Below, in pieces: positions 23,480-36,499 of a stretch of DNA of 64,000 bases (its first letter is position 1; each line of letters opens with the position of its first letter). The position numbers and the translations under genes were made by a program. The DNA comes from Ylistrum balloti (Eukaryota). Under the pieces are notes generated by a model. That model did no database searches, was not told the DNA's origin, and worked only from the letters and a program-made list of their open reading frames with translations. The stretch covers positions 1,922,001 through 1,986,000 of the forward strand of contig NW_026782484.1 in NCBI RefSeq assembly GCF_031769215.1. The letters run 5' to 3'.

Positions 23480-26400
23480 ATTGTTATGACTGACTGACCC
23501 CTTTGCCTGACTACAGACTGTGCTGTGTTGTACCTGGATTATACTAGTATATATTAGGCTCAGATAGATTATGGCTACTTCAATCACTATCTAGTCAAAT
23601 TTAGAAAGGAGCTCAAATTCTGGAAACAGACTCAATGGTGTTTTTAAGGGTAACCCAAAAATATCTGTCAGACAGGAAAATCGTTAGCTTGTGGAGCGTC
23701 TAGAATGCCGTGTGTTTGAGCTAGAAAGAGCTAATGGTTTTCAGAAACATAAAGTCGTGCTACTGGATAAAGAAATTGTTAAAGGTCTAGACAGAATTTG
23801 AAAACTAGAGCTCAAGGAAAATGAACTTGAGCAACATAGTCGGAAAAACTAGAAGATGACAATGAAAACGAAAAAGGAGAATGAAGGGAAGTGGTGAACC
23901 TTATTAGAACACTAGAAAATGTTGGCACTTGTGAGGCAGATATAGACACAGCACACAGGCTTGGTGCATACAAAGGTAGACATTTGTGAGGCAGATATAG
24001 ACAGCATACAGGCTTGGTACATACAAAGGTAGACATTTGTGAGGCAGATATAGACACAGCACACAGGCTTGGTGCATACAAAGGTAGACATTTGTGAGGC
24101 AGATATAGACAGCATACAGGCTTGGTGCATACAAAGGTAGACATTTGTGAGGCAGATATAGACAGCAAACAGGCTTGGTACATACAAAGGTAGACATTTG
24201 TGAGGCAGATATAGACAGCATACAGGCTTGATACATACAAAGGTAGACATTTATGAGGCAGATATAGTCACAGCAAACAGGCTTGGTGCATACAAAGATA
24301 GACATTTGTGAGGCAGATATAGACACAGCACACAGGCTTGGTGCATACAAAGGTAGACATTTGTGAGGCAGATATAGACAGCAAACAGGCTTGGTACATA
24401 CAAAGGTAGACATTTGTGAGGCAGATATAGACAGCATACAGGCTTGGTACATACAAAGGTAGACATTTATGAGGCAGATATAGTCACAGCAAACAGGCTT
24501 GGTGCATACAAAGATGGGAAGTCACGTCCTATTATTTGTAAGTTTGTGTATCGTAGAAAGAAAATGGACATAATAAAAAGGAGAAAAGGACTGAAGGATA
24601 CTGGCAAAACAATCGTAGAAGATCTGACGTAGACAAATCGACAACGTCTGAAAAAGGAGTGAAGTGGAATGTGTTGAACGTACATGAAATACGGACGGTA
24701 AACAGTTTGCCTTGCCAAAAAAAAAAAAAAAAACCAAGAAAATACGGAGACTTTTCAGTAATACTCAATTGTCAGAACGTTACCTTCTCGATGAGACAAA
24801 AAGATGACATGTACATATTCAACTCATAAAGCTCCTTCCCCTTTTACAGGCCCCGAACGTTAAGTAACATAACCAGCATACACACTCGAGTTTTCCTCAT
24901 TTGATAACTAATATTGAATTCAAAATTTTACCTGCCGTAGATCTTTACTTCAAAAGCAAGGGAGTGAAATGACTTAATTTTAAATATTTCCTTTCTTCAA
25001 TTTGGTTTGCTTCCAAGTTGCTTATCCTGGCACGATGAATGTCATCTTATAAGTTCACACCCTAAAGTAATTTACTTAGACTATAACGTTTCATGTAATA
25101 TCAAGCAAATAGTAAAATGGATGAAAATGTTCTTTAATACATTTCCTTTATAATAATCAAGAAAAAATGGTAAAATTTTATTTAGATTTTGAGATGTATG
25201 GTATTTGTTTTTTCTCTTTCAGTTATTGCTACCTTTAATACAGTCTCGTTGTCTATCTGTGGTCTGTTAAGATGACCTTTTCAAAAGACTTGATAAAAAT
25301 ATATTAACATTGAAATCATAAAGAGACTTTCAGCTAATTGTCAGGGCATAGGTGACAAAAGTAAACGCCGTGATGTTTCCTCTTAAAAAATAGAAATTTC
25401 CATATTTATTGTATTCAAGATACTACTTTGACAGCAGGAACGGAAAAAAATTATGTGAATGAGGATTTACTTGCCATTTCAATTCAATTAGATGAAATTC
25501 AACATGTGTTGCAATTTTAGTTAACAAAAGTTTTGAAGTGAAAGTTATGAAGGGAAAAAGAGATGTTGAAGGGAACTTTATTGCTGTAGATTTATAAATA
25601 GCCGCCGGAAAAATGTAACGTTAATAAAAGTCTATTGACCCAATACAGACAGACCAGAGTTCTATGACATAATTTCAGAGGCTATTCAAGATTTCAACAA
25701 TGCCTTCTATATAATATGTGGTGAATTTGATTTGGTTTTGATCCTGATTTAGACTATGATCAAAATTATGAATGGATCAATAATCCCAAAGCTAGAGATA
25801 AAGTGATTGAACTTATAGCAAAAGTTGCTTTAGTCGATATTTACAGACAGCAACATCCAGATAGTAGAAGTATACATGGAATAGAACTATGCCTATTATA
25901 CGAACTCGTCTTGATTTCTTTTTAATATCTGATAACATGTTAAGTAATACACAGAGTGCAAATTTAGATATCAGTCTGATCATTCCTTACCTATTATATC
26001 AATTAAATTTAATGATTGCAGAAAATATATCTTTATATTATATAGACAAAATATTTTTGATCAAGAAAACCGTAATTTCACTTATGAAATTATTCCATTT
26101 GTAGAAAAAGAAAACGGGGAAACTATTTCAAAACAAGAAGATATTTTAAATGAAGTAAGAGAATTTTATGAAAAATTGTATTCAAGTGATAGTAATATTG
26201 AACATATAAATCTTGATACTTAAGTAAATAGCGATGATAATAATATTTCAAAATTAAATAAGTCAGAATCTTTACTATTAGAGGGAATGATATTTATTGA
26301 AGAAACTTCACATACTTTGTCCTCGGTCAGATGGTTTCACTGCTGAATTTTTAAAATGTTTTTGGGGTAAATTGATAAATTTTGTGATAAGATCGATTAA

Positions 26401-27600
26401 TTATGGATTTATTAATAGTAGATTAAGTCAAAGGCCGGTAATCATTACATGTATACCTAAGGGAGACAAACCAAGGCAGTTAAAAAAAATGAAGACCAAT
26501 TTCTTTACTCAATATTATATATAAAATACCCTCAGGGTCAATAGCAAGTAGACTTAAAAACTTGTAGACAAATTAATGAATAGAGAACAAACTGGTTTTA
26601 TTGCAGGTAGGTATATCAAGGGAATTACAAGGCTAATTTATGATATCATGGAGCATGCGGAAGAAAATGAAATGCCTAGTATGCTTTTATTCATAGATTT
26701 TGAAAAGGCCTTCGATTATGTTGGTTGGGATTTTATCAATAATATTCTTTCATGTTTTGTTATTTTTGAGTTGATATAAGCAAGTAGATAAAACTCGACA
26801 TGCCAGTGTATCTTCTTCTATAAATCAAGGAAGCACTCTTTCATAAGACAGGTTGTCTTCAGGAGAACCTATTGCTTCTTATATTTTCATATTATGTGTT
26901 GTAATATTTACTATTAGAATATCCATTGTATAAACATAGATAACGTTCCAGTTCTATTATCACAATATGCAGATGATACATAAATTATTTTAGAATATCT
27001 TTAAAGGAATCGTTCCATGAACTAAATAACTTTGCAAAATGTTTTTGTCTAAAAGTAAATAAAGGCAAAACACAGGAATAAATATAGCATTGACATTTAA
27101 TTTCCAGAGTGGAATTTACCAATGAGAATTACTAAATTTACAGTGTTAGGTATTGTGTTTGATATGGACCTACACCAAATTCCGAGACTTAACTATGTTA
27201 AAAAATTGGTAAAGCTTAAAATCATTAATTAACACCTGGAACACGATTCTTACACTTCTTGGAAGACTACATATCCCTTTTCATATCTCAATTCAACAAT
27301 CTTTTCATATCCATGCCAAATCCATGCGATTTTTTTTTATAAGAAACGGGACTTACAATGATACACTTACAATCTTTTGTTGACTCATTGAAACTGCCTG
27401 GTGACGTAGGCTGTATACAACAGATGGAAAATGACATATATTCTTTGACAGATATGGAAACTAGGATATTTTAGCAAGTTATGGTAATAATTATAATCAT
27501 AAATGCCAACAAAACTGTAAAAATTCATTTTGGAAAGACATATCAAAAAATGGATTGCCTTGAATATACATATGAAGCCATTCTTAAAATTGCCCTAATA
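23480..27600 (+). mobile_element. Decayed Tx1/L1-type LINE (ORF1 about 23.5-24.7 kb; APE endonuclease and RT about 25.3-27.1 kb)
   Basis: ORF1 DIDTAHRLG, RPIICKF, EDLT; endonuclease SANCQGI..KRRDV, YCIQDT, RLDFFLIS; RT DGFTAEF, QTGFI.GRYI, IDFEKAFD, QYADDT; many stops and frameshifts. Confidence 0.9.
23923..24515 (+). repeat. 55-57-bp minisatellite (~10 units) inside LINE ORF1
   Basis: Unit tgtgaggcagatatagac(ac)agca.acaggcttggt.catacaaaggtagacatt, i.e. the DIDTAHRLG coding segment. Confidence 0.9.
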
Positions 27601-28454
27601 ATCAAAGAAAGAGCAGTTGACAAAATGCGGCTGCCAGAGTGAATGCTAAGGACGATGCAAATGCTATGGCTTCAGCCTGAAGGGTGCACAGTTGTGTGCC
27701 TGCAAATGTGAGGACTAAAAGAAGAACCTATCGAAGCTGTACATCTACAGCAAGTCGTTTCCTGACTCAAACAACACACAAGTAAATCAGTTTCTTCTTC
27801 ACATTGTTCGAAAACACAGAATTGAAGTTAACATTACGTACCCTATATGTTGAGAAAGTGCAATCCCCATTATATCATTATAATGTTCAGTAATTTTTTA
27901 AAGATGATATTTTTTACTGCTGTAAAAAAAGAACAGTACGTTACTTGGACAAGGAGAACTTTTCCATATCAGAAAGCAGATATTATTCTAATGGTTCACA
28001 GTGGTTATCAATTAACATTGAATATCGAATTCAAAATTTGCAAGGGATTGATATTGGTTATCCCAATAAATACTCATATCGATCGATCAAGCACCATAAC
28101 TGTTTAATTACATTTTGGTATCAAAATTGGTACGATCCTATACCATTGAAATTACATCATATTCCATAATATTTATCACAGCATCATGAATGCAGCACCT
28201 TTGATAAAACGTTCTTTTACTCTCTCGTGCCACTTCCCGGACTTATGTCGGATATATTGGAATTACGTGATGTCATAGAATACTTGCACGAGTATGCAAT
28301 ATGATATTTTATCACTGTCACAAAGTGCAATTCGACGTTTACAAGAATAACACGTGATTGCGTGTAGACCAATCAGCATCTGACACAAAACTGAAAATAT
28401 GCGCCACGAATCGTCGACTTTAACAATACCTAGAAAATCATGGCCTAATCACAA

Positions 28455-29250
28455 TTTAACAGAGAGAAAACACTTGTCATTTGTCCTTTCACGATAGGCG
28501 AGGTGCACACCGCTGGAAAGGGAAAACACAGGTCATTGGTCCTTTTACGATAGGCGAGGTGCACACCGCTGGAGACCATTTCAATTTAACAGAGAGAAAA
28601 CACAGGTCATTTGTCCTTTCACGATAGGCGAGGTGCACACCGCTGGAGACCATTTCAATTTAACAGAGAGAAAACACTTGTCATTTGTCCTTTCACGATA
28701 GGCGAGGTGCACACCGCAGGAGGCCATTTTAATTTGAAAAAGGGAAAACACTTGTCATTTGTCCTTTTACGATAGGCGAGGTGCACACCGCAGGAGGCCA
28801 TTTTAATTTAACAGAGAGAAAATATTTGTCATTTGTCCTTTCACGATAGGCGAGGTGCACACCGCAGGAAAGGGAAAACACAGGTCATTTGTCCTTTCAC
28901 GATAGGCGAGGTGCACACCGCAGGAGGCCATTTTAATTTGAAAGAGAGAAAACACTTGTCATTTGTCCTTTTACGATAGGCGAGGTGCACACCGCAGGAG
29001 GCCATTTTAATTTGAAAGAGAGAAAACACTTGTCATTTGTCCTTTCACGATAGGCGAGGTGCACACCACTGGAGACCATTTTAATTTAACAGAGAGAAAA
29101 CACTGGTCATTTGTCCTTTTACGATAGGCGTGGTGCACACCGCAGGAGGCCATTTTAATTTGAAAGAGAGAAAACACTTGTCATTTGTCCTTTTACGATA
29201 GACGAGGTGCACACCGCAAGAGACCATTTCAATTTAACAGAGAGAAAACG
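28455..29250. repeat. ~74-bp tandem repeat with 56-bp deletion variants (~11 units)
   Basis: aaaacacttgtcatttgtcctttcacgataggcgaggtgcacaccgc recurring. Confidence 0.92.
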
Positions 29251-30099
29251 GAAAACACTTGGCAATCGTCCTTGTTTACGACAGTCGAGATGTATGCTGG
29301 TATCAATTATAACTGCGTAAAAAATGTTTGAATGATGTGTTGGATGCGGTATTAAAAAGCTACACGTTTCATGTGACTGCCTGATAAGTCTCTGTCACCA
29401 TGTCATCAATCACCACAATTAATCTAGTCGATCCTGACGTATCGTTGATTCGTTCATGCGACGTAACAATGATAGAAAATTGGTGAAATCTCGTATCCAC
29501 GGAAACGAACAACTGATAAGCATGTTGTTATACCTGAATGCATGATAGTAGCCAGGTAATCAATAATCAATTTAGTGACAGACCTTTTTTCTACCTTCAG
29601 ACTAGCATCGGGGTATGTCACTCCAATGATTCACTACTAAAATCTAAATAGTTTCCTGCTGTTGGGTGGCTAAAGAACGTCATGCAAGAGTATCCTGATG
29701 GGAAACTGTATAACGATTTTTATCTATCAATATATACCATAGTGTCGGATTCGTGTGAGTGTGGAGGTCGTCTGTAGTCAGAATGTATGGCTGTGTTTGC
29801 AGATCATATTTTTTTAAAACTGCAAACATTTTGATATTGCCAGTTTGCCAAAAGCACCAACCTATCTTGCAGCCAAGGAAACCGTCTTTTCTTCACTTTA
29901 TCCGATCTTATGATAACTGACTAATGATAAGAATGTTTGTCCAGGTCCCGTCACTTTACTAACAGCCATAACTTAAAAATGATTGAAACATTCGCGATTT
30001 TGTGAATTCAACAAGTTCCCGATAATTTACTTTCTGTTTTATAATTCTGAGTCCCCTTTGAAAGATTTAAAGTACGTGGTATTTATCTACACCCCAAGG

Positions 30100-30900
30100 G
30101 AGTCCCATATCAGTTGGTTAATTTGGCATATACAGGTGAACTTACCGCATGAGGGACTTGAAATTTAAAACGAAAAGAGAACACAATTCTGCTTTCCTTG
30201 ATCCTGATGTCAAATCAACACTTGAAAATTTACATGATAGGTATATTGCTTGCCTGCAAACAAGACTTTGTATTACACCTTGTTTACATGTTTCTGCTTA
30301 TGAAAAGAACTAGAATTGCCCGAGAACTAGGAAAACCCCTCCCTATACATTATCCAGTCTTCCTTATGCCTTATCCTTCTGGAAAGCCACAACCATGTCG
30401 AAGTTGATTCGATATTTAAAGATTTGTTCTCAATAACACGATTTATGTGCAATAAAAGGTATGTTCGTAAAGGGGTATGTATGGGGACCTTCTGTTACAA
30501 TATATGTATCAATTTGTGAAAACCTAAAATTAATTTTTGTTGCAATTTGTTTGATAAAAAAAACCATCAAATGATTGGATCATAAAGACCTTCCTCGTTT
30601 TTATTGGATAAGTAAAGCTCAAATGAATATATGTAAACAATATTTTATTCCTGTCTCGGCTAGTTGCTCAACCAAGTCTTTATCCAAGCTTATTTTAAAT
30701 TATAGCTTGAATTATAGATCATGATAATAGTCAAGCACAAAGATAAAATATATTGACATTGGAAATGTAAAAAAGTTGGCTGACAATGTCCTTATTGGCA
30801 AGATCTTTCAACAGACAACTGGTAAATTCTTTGGGAATAATTGTGCCTCCCTTTTGTCTGGCTAGAATTTGGGGACCTAATTTACTATGGAGTTCAGAAA
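30100..30900 (+). mobile_element. Rearranged Penelope-like RT fragments
   Basis: SAFLDPDV, LIRYLKICS and QQTTGKFFGNNCASLL (cf. QLIRYARACS, GIPMGTNCAPLL); order of motifs is scrambled. Confidence 0.55.
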
Positions 30901-31497
30901 TGATAGCAAAGGTGTTGCATTTAATTTTCTTTCCTGATATTGATGGAATGTTGTTGTTTAATATCAAGAAAATCGTTTATCACACTAATCCGATAAAAAC
31001 AACAACACCATAAGATAAATTGAAGTATGTATGTATGTATGTTCCTTCAACATTATTACATGAACATCCACTATAAATATCAACATCGTCGCGATTTACG
31101 GATTGACATGCTTCTTTTTGTTATAAGTAAAACGTTTACATTCGTTTCAGTTAGCATTCTAGTCTCTTACCTAAAATTACATTGTAACATATGTTAAAAA
31201 GTGTGTGTAATGTAAATACGGAATCACACATATAAAACGCTGCAATAGCGACAGAGATATATAACTATTGTTGTAAGGATTAAACGTAATATTTGAAACA
31301 TAAAAAAATTAAAAAAAAACATGTAACCTGCATGTCACGTTTATTTTATTTCATTTTTAGAATGGGTGACACGGTTCAGAATATACACATGAACCTGACG
31401 TCGTTCTGAAACTATCTGAAGTATGAAAATTACTAATTCTATTGAATTATTTGGTTACTGAGAAAACAAAATCCATGTTGATTGGCACTTACCAAAT

Positions 31498-31551
31498 CCA
31501 AAAATCCAAAGTGACAGAAAGGAAAGTCAAATTCTAGATTGGAAGGTGCAC

Positions 31552-31607
<56 letters not shown>

Positions 31608-31683
31608 ATAATAATAATAATAGTCTTTATTTATACTTGACCAGAAGGTAGACGAGTATTTGACTCATTCTGTTATCAAGTAT

Positions 31684-31714
<31 letters not shown>

Positions 31715-31835
31715 TATTAGTGCACCTTCCCATCTAGAATTTGACTTTTCTTTCTGTCACTTTGGATTTTCCTCAGTCGCCGAATAGGCTTCAGAAATTA
31801 GGCCCTTGGCATCACTGACCAGTCCTAGAAGTTTT
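31498..31835. mobile_element. Foldback structure: inverted partial copy of the hammerhead-bearing repeat family, ending in a truncated hammerhead
   Basis: Arms about 31498-31640 and 31677-31772 are reverse complements incl. (TAA/CTA)n; right arm continues to GCATCA-CTGACCA-GTCCTAGAA; homologous to 41000-41100. Confidence 0.75.
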
Positions 31836-32989
31836 TTTTTAATGTAGTTTGACTGTAAGGTATCTATTTCTAAATTTGTATTAAACGGTGATATTCACTT
31901 TTTTGTCTTTTGTACAATGTCGGCAGGTTTTGCGTATGTGCAAACTTGATGAATTATTTGATCTATGACATATTTCACTTGTTCCATACCATGCTTTATT
32001 CTTCAGTATGTTGTATCGAAGTATTGATCTGTTATATATGTTTAATCGTAGTAAATACCCACACCTATACTTATAGTATAAAGTCATGAATCTACAGAGT
32101 TTAGGAATCTACCGTAACAAGTTATCGATAATTCTCAGAGTCAGGACAAAGTCCATTTGACCCATGCAAGGTATTATGCAATATGAATATTGTTTATTTT
32201 ATATAGTAGACTTTTTAATAAAGGACTTTCTCTAAAGAAGTTCCAGTATATAGTAGTTTTGACTTTTAAACGATGATATCTATCATACGTTTTGCATATA
32301 GCGTACTACATTCGTTGGAAAGAAAAACAAAACTTACCTTTTCCTTTACACGAGGAGTCTTCCAATTTTGAGAAAGAATCATTTTGTGTCTTATCTTCCA
32401 GTTACACACATAAAAAGATTTCCCAAGCTGATGGCGACTTATAATAGATACCCAAGTTTCTTGCATCGACTGTAACACAGGCACCTATATATATGGTTGC
32501 ATTGCTTCCTTGCAAATATCGATTTGTTTTGCGTCTAATTACATAGGGCTTACAGCCATCACGATAACAGCTATTTTTACTTTTTTGATATATTTGCAAT
32601 ATTACTGCTCTTGATTTGCCGTTTGGGGAATTTTAACAATTTGAGTAAAACATATATGTAAATTGTCACATTCTTAATTATCGGAAAATAAGAAAAGGAA
32701 AGAATATTAAAATATAAATTTCTGAGAACAGAATAGCTGCAATATTCCGGCTCAAGGACATTGATCTCTTGTCAACGATCATAAAATATCAATACAAGTT
32801 TTCAGAGATTTTCCCTGTTGGCCAATTCCATTAGTTCATGAATTCTTAACTACTCTGAGTTACATGTTCAACACTCGCGGGACCTAAATATTGTACGACT
32901 AAATAACATAAATACACACGTATCTATGAAAGCGATCATGAATATATTTTCATGAATAAACTATGAAATATATGCTTTTTTACATATCA

Positions 32990-33662
32990 TTCCAAGTACA
33001 CGGGTCGTTATCACCGTCACTCCAAGTACACGGGTCGATATCACCGTCATTCCAAGTACATCGGTCGTTATCACCGTCACTCCAAGTACACGGGTCGATA
33101 TCACTGTCACTCCAAGAACATCGGTCGATATCACTGTCACTCCAAGAACACGGGTCGATATCACATTCACTCCAAGAACACGGGTCGATATCACTGTCAC
33201 TCCAAGTACACGGGTCGATATCACTGTCACTCCAAGTACACGGGTCGATATCACTGTCACTCCAAGTACACGAGTTGATATCACTGTCACTCCAAGTACA
33301 CGGGTCGATATCACTGTCACTCCATGTACACGGGTCGATATCACTGTCACTCCAAGTACACGGGTCGATATCACTGTCACTCCATGTACACGGGTCGATA
33401 TCACAGTCACTCCAAGTACACGGGTCGATATCACAGTCACTCCAAGTACACGGGTCGTTATCACTGTCACTCCAAGTACCCGGGTCGTTATCACCGTCAC
33501 TCCAAGTACACGGGTCGTTATCACCGTCACTCCAAGTACACGGGTCGTTATCACTGTCACTCCATGTACACGGGTCGATATCACTGTCACTCCAAGTACA
33601 CGGGTCGATATCACAGTCACTCCAAGTACACGGGTCGATATCACGGTCACTCCAAGTACCTT
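32990..33662. repeat. 30-bp minisatellite (~22 units)
   Basis: Unit tccaagtacacgggtcgatatcactgtcac. Confidence 0.95.
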
Positions 33663-33734
33663 ATACAATTATTGACTCCATATGAGGAAAAGTTTGCACA
33701 TGAGGTAAATGGTTAGATATCATTGTCGCTCCAG

Positions 33735-34085
33735 GTTGACATCACTATCATCAGGTAAGCATGATGTCACTATCACCCAAGTAAGTATGATATCACTATC
33801 GTACAGGTAAGAATTACGTAACTATCACCAGGTAAGCATGCTGTCACTATCACCCAAGTTAGTATGAAATCACTATCATACAGGTTAGAATTATGTAACT
33901 ATCATCAGGTAAGCATGATGTCACTATCACCAAAATAAGTATGATATCACTATCATCAGGTAAACATGATGTCACTATCACCCAAGTTAGTATGAAATCA
34001 CTATCATACAGGTTAGAATTATGTAACTATCACGAGGTAAGCATGATGTCACTATCACCCAAATAAGTATGATATCACTATCATT
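33735..34085. repeat. 24-25-bp repeat organised as ~74-bp trimers
   Basis: atcactatcatcaggtaagcatgatgtcactatcacccaagtaagtatg... Confidence 0.85.
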
Positions 34086-34307
34086 CCATTTATAGATATT
34101 ATACCATAATCACTCCAGATATATGGTTGAAAATAACTGTTGTCCTATTACTCCATTTACATCATGCGATATCACTACCTCTTCAGTTACATGGTTTAAT
34201 GTCACTGTCACTAAATGTACCTTGTTCGATATCATCGTCGCTCGACGTGCATGGTTCGGCATCATTACCATTCGAGGTACATGATTAATCCACGCACCAG
34301 TTATGTA

Positions 34308-36495
34308 TAGATATCCCATTCCATCCGGGTACCTAGATAGATATCGTTTTCAATCCAGGTACATGGATAGATATCGTTTTCAATCCAGGTACCTAGATAG
34401 ATATCGTTTTCAATCCAGGTACCTAGATAGATATCGTTTTCAATCCAGGTACCTAGATAGATATCGTTTTCAATCCAGGTACCTAGATAGATATCGTTTT
34501 CAATCCAGGTACCTAGATAGATACGGTTTTCAATCCAGGTACCTAGATAGATATCGTTTTCAATCCGGGTACCTAGATAGATATCGTTTTCAATCCAGGT
34601 ACATGGTGAGATATTGTTTTCAATCCAGGTACCTAGATAGATATCATTTTCAATCCAGGTACATGGATAGCTATCGTTTTCAATCCAGGTACATGGTGAG
34701 ATATCATTTTCAATCCAGGTACCTAGATAGATATCGTTTTCAATCCAGGTACATGGATAGCTATCGTTTTCAATCCGGGTACATGGATAGATATTGTTTT
34801 CAATCCAGGTACCTAGATAGATATCGTTTTCAATCCAGATACCTAGATAGATATCGTTTTCAATCCAGGTACCTAGATAGATATCGTTTTCAATCCAGGT
34901 ACCTAGATAGATATCGTTTTCAATCCAGGTACCTAGATAGATATCGTTTTCAATCCAGGTACATGGATAGATATCGTTTTCAATCCAGGTACCTAGATAG
35001 ATATCGTTTTCAATCCGGGTACCTAGATAGATATCGTTTTCAATCCGGGTACCTAGATAGATATCGTTTTCAATCCGGGTACCTAGATAGATATCGTTTT
35101 CAATACAGGTACCTAGATAGATATCGTTTTCAATCCGGGTACCTAGATCGATATTGTTTTCAATCCAGGTACATGGATAGCTATCGTTTTCAATCCAGGT
35201 ACATGGTGAGATATCATTTTCAATCCAGGTACCTAGATAGATATCGTTTTCAATCCAGGTACATGGATAGCTATCGTTTTCAATCCAGGTACATGGTGAG
35301 ATATCGTTTTCAATCCAGGTACCTAGATAGATATCGTTTTCAATCCGGGTACATGGATAGATATTGTTTTCAATCCAGGTACCTAGATAGATATCATTTT
35401 CAATCCAGGTACATGGATAGCTATCGTTTTCAATCCAGGTACATGGTGAGATATCATTTTCAATCCAGGTACCTAGATAGATATCGTTTTCATTCCGGGT
35501 ACCTAGATCGATATTGTTTTCAATCCAGGTACATGGATAGCTATCGTTTTCAATCCAGGTACATGGTGAGATATCATTTTCAATCCAGGTACCTAGATAG
35601 ATATCGTTTTCAATCCAAGTACCTAGATCGATATCGTTTTCAATCCGGGTACATGGTGAGATATCATTTTCAATACAGGTACCTAGATAGATATCGTTTT
35701 CAATCCAGATACCTAGATAGATATCGTTTTCAATCCAGGTACCTAGATAGATATCGTTTTCAATCCAGGTACCTAGATAGATATCGTTTTCAATCCAGGT
35801 ACCTAGAAAGATATCGTTTTCAATCCAGGTACATGGATAGATATCGTTTTCAAACCGGGTACCTAGATAGATATCGTTTTCAATCCGGGTACCTAGATAA
35901 ATATAGTTTTCAATCCAGGTACCTAGATAGATATCGTTTTCAATCCGGGTACCTAGATAGATATCGTTTTCAATCCGGGTACCTAGATAGATATCGTTTT
36001 CAATCCGGGTACCTAGATAGATATCGTTTTCAATCCAGATACCTAGATAGATATCGTTTTCAATCCAGGTACCTAGATAGATATCGTTTTCAATCCAGGT
36101 ACCTAGATAGATATCGTTTTCAATCCAGGTACCTAGATAGATATCGTTTTCAATCCAGGTACATGGATAGATATCGTTTTCAATCCGGGTACCTAGATAG
36201 ATATCGTTTTCAATCCGGGTACCTAGATAAATATCGTTTTCAATCCAGGTACCTAGATAGATATCGTTTTCAATCCGGGTACCTAGATAGATATCGTTTT
36301 CAATCCGGGTACCTAGATAGATATCGTTTTCAATCCGGGTACTTAGATAGATATCGTTTTCAATCCAGGTACATGGATAGCTATCGTTTTCAATCCAGGT
36401 ACATGGTGAGATATTGTTTTCAATCCAGGTACATGGATAGATATTGTTTTCAATCTGGGTACCTAGATAGATATTGTTTTCAATCCAGGTACATG
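34308..36495. repeat. 30-bp minisatellite (~73 units)
   Basis: Unit caatccaggtacctagatagatatcgtttt, perfectly in register line to line. Confidence 0.97.
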
Positions 36496-36499
36496 CTTT

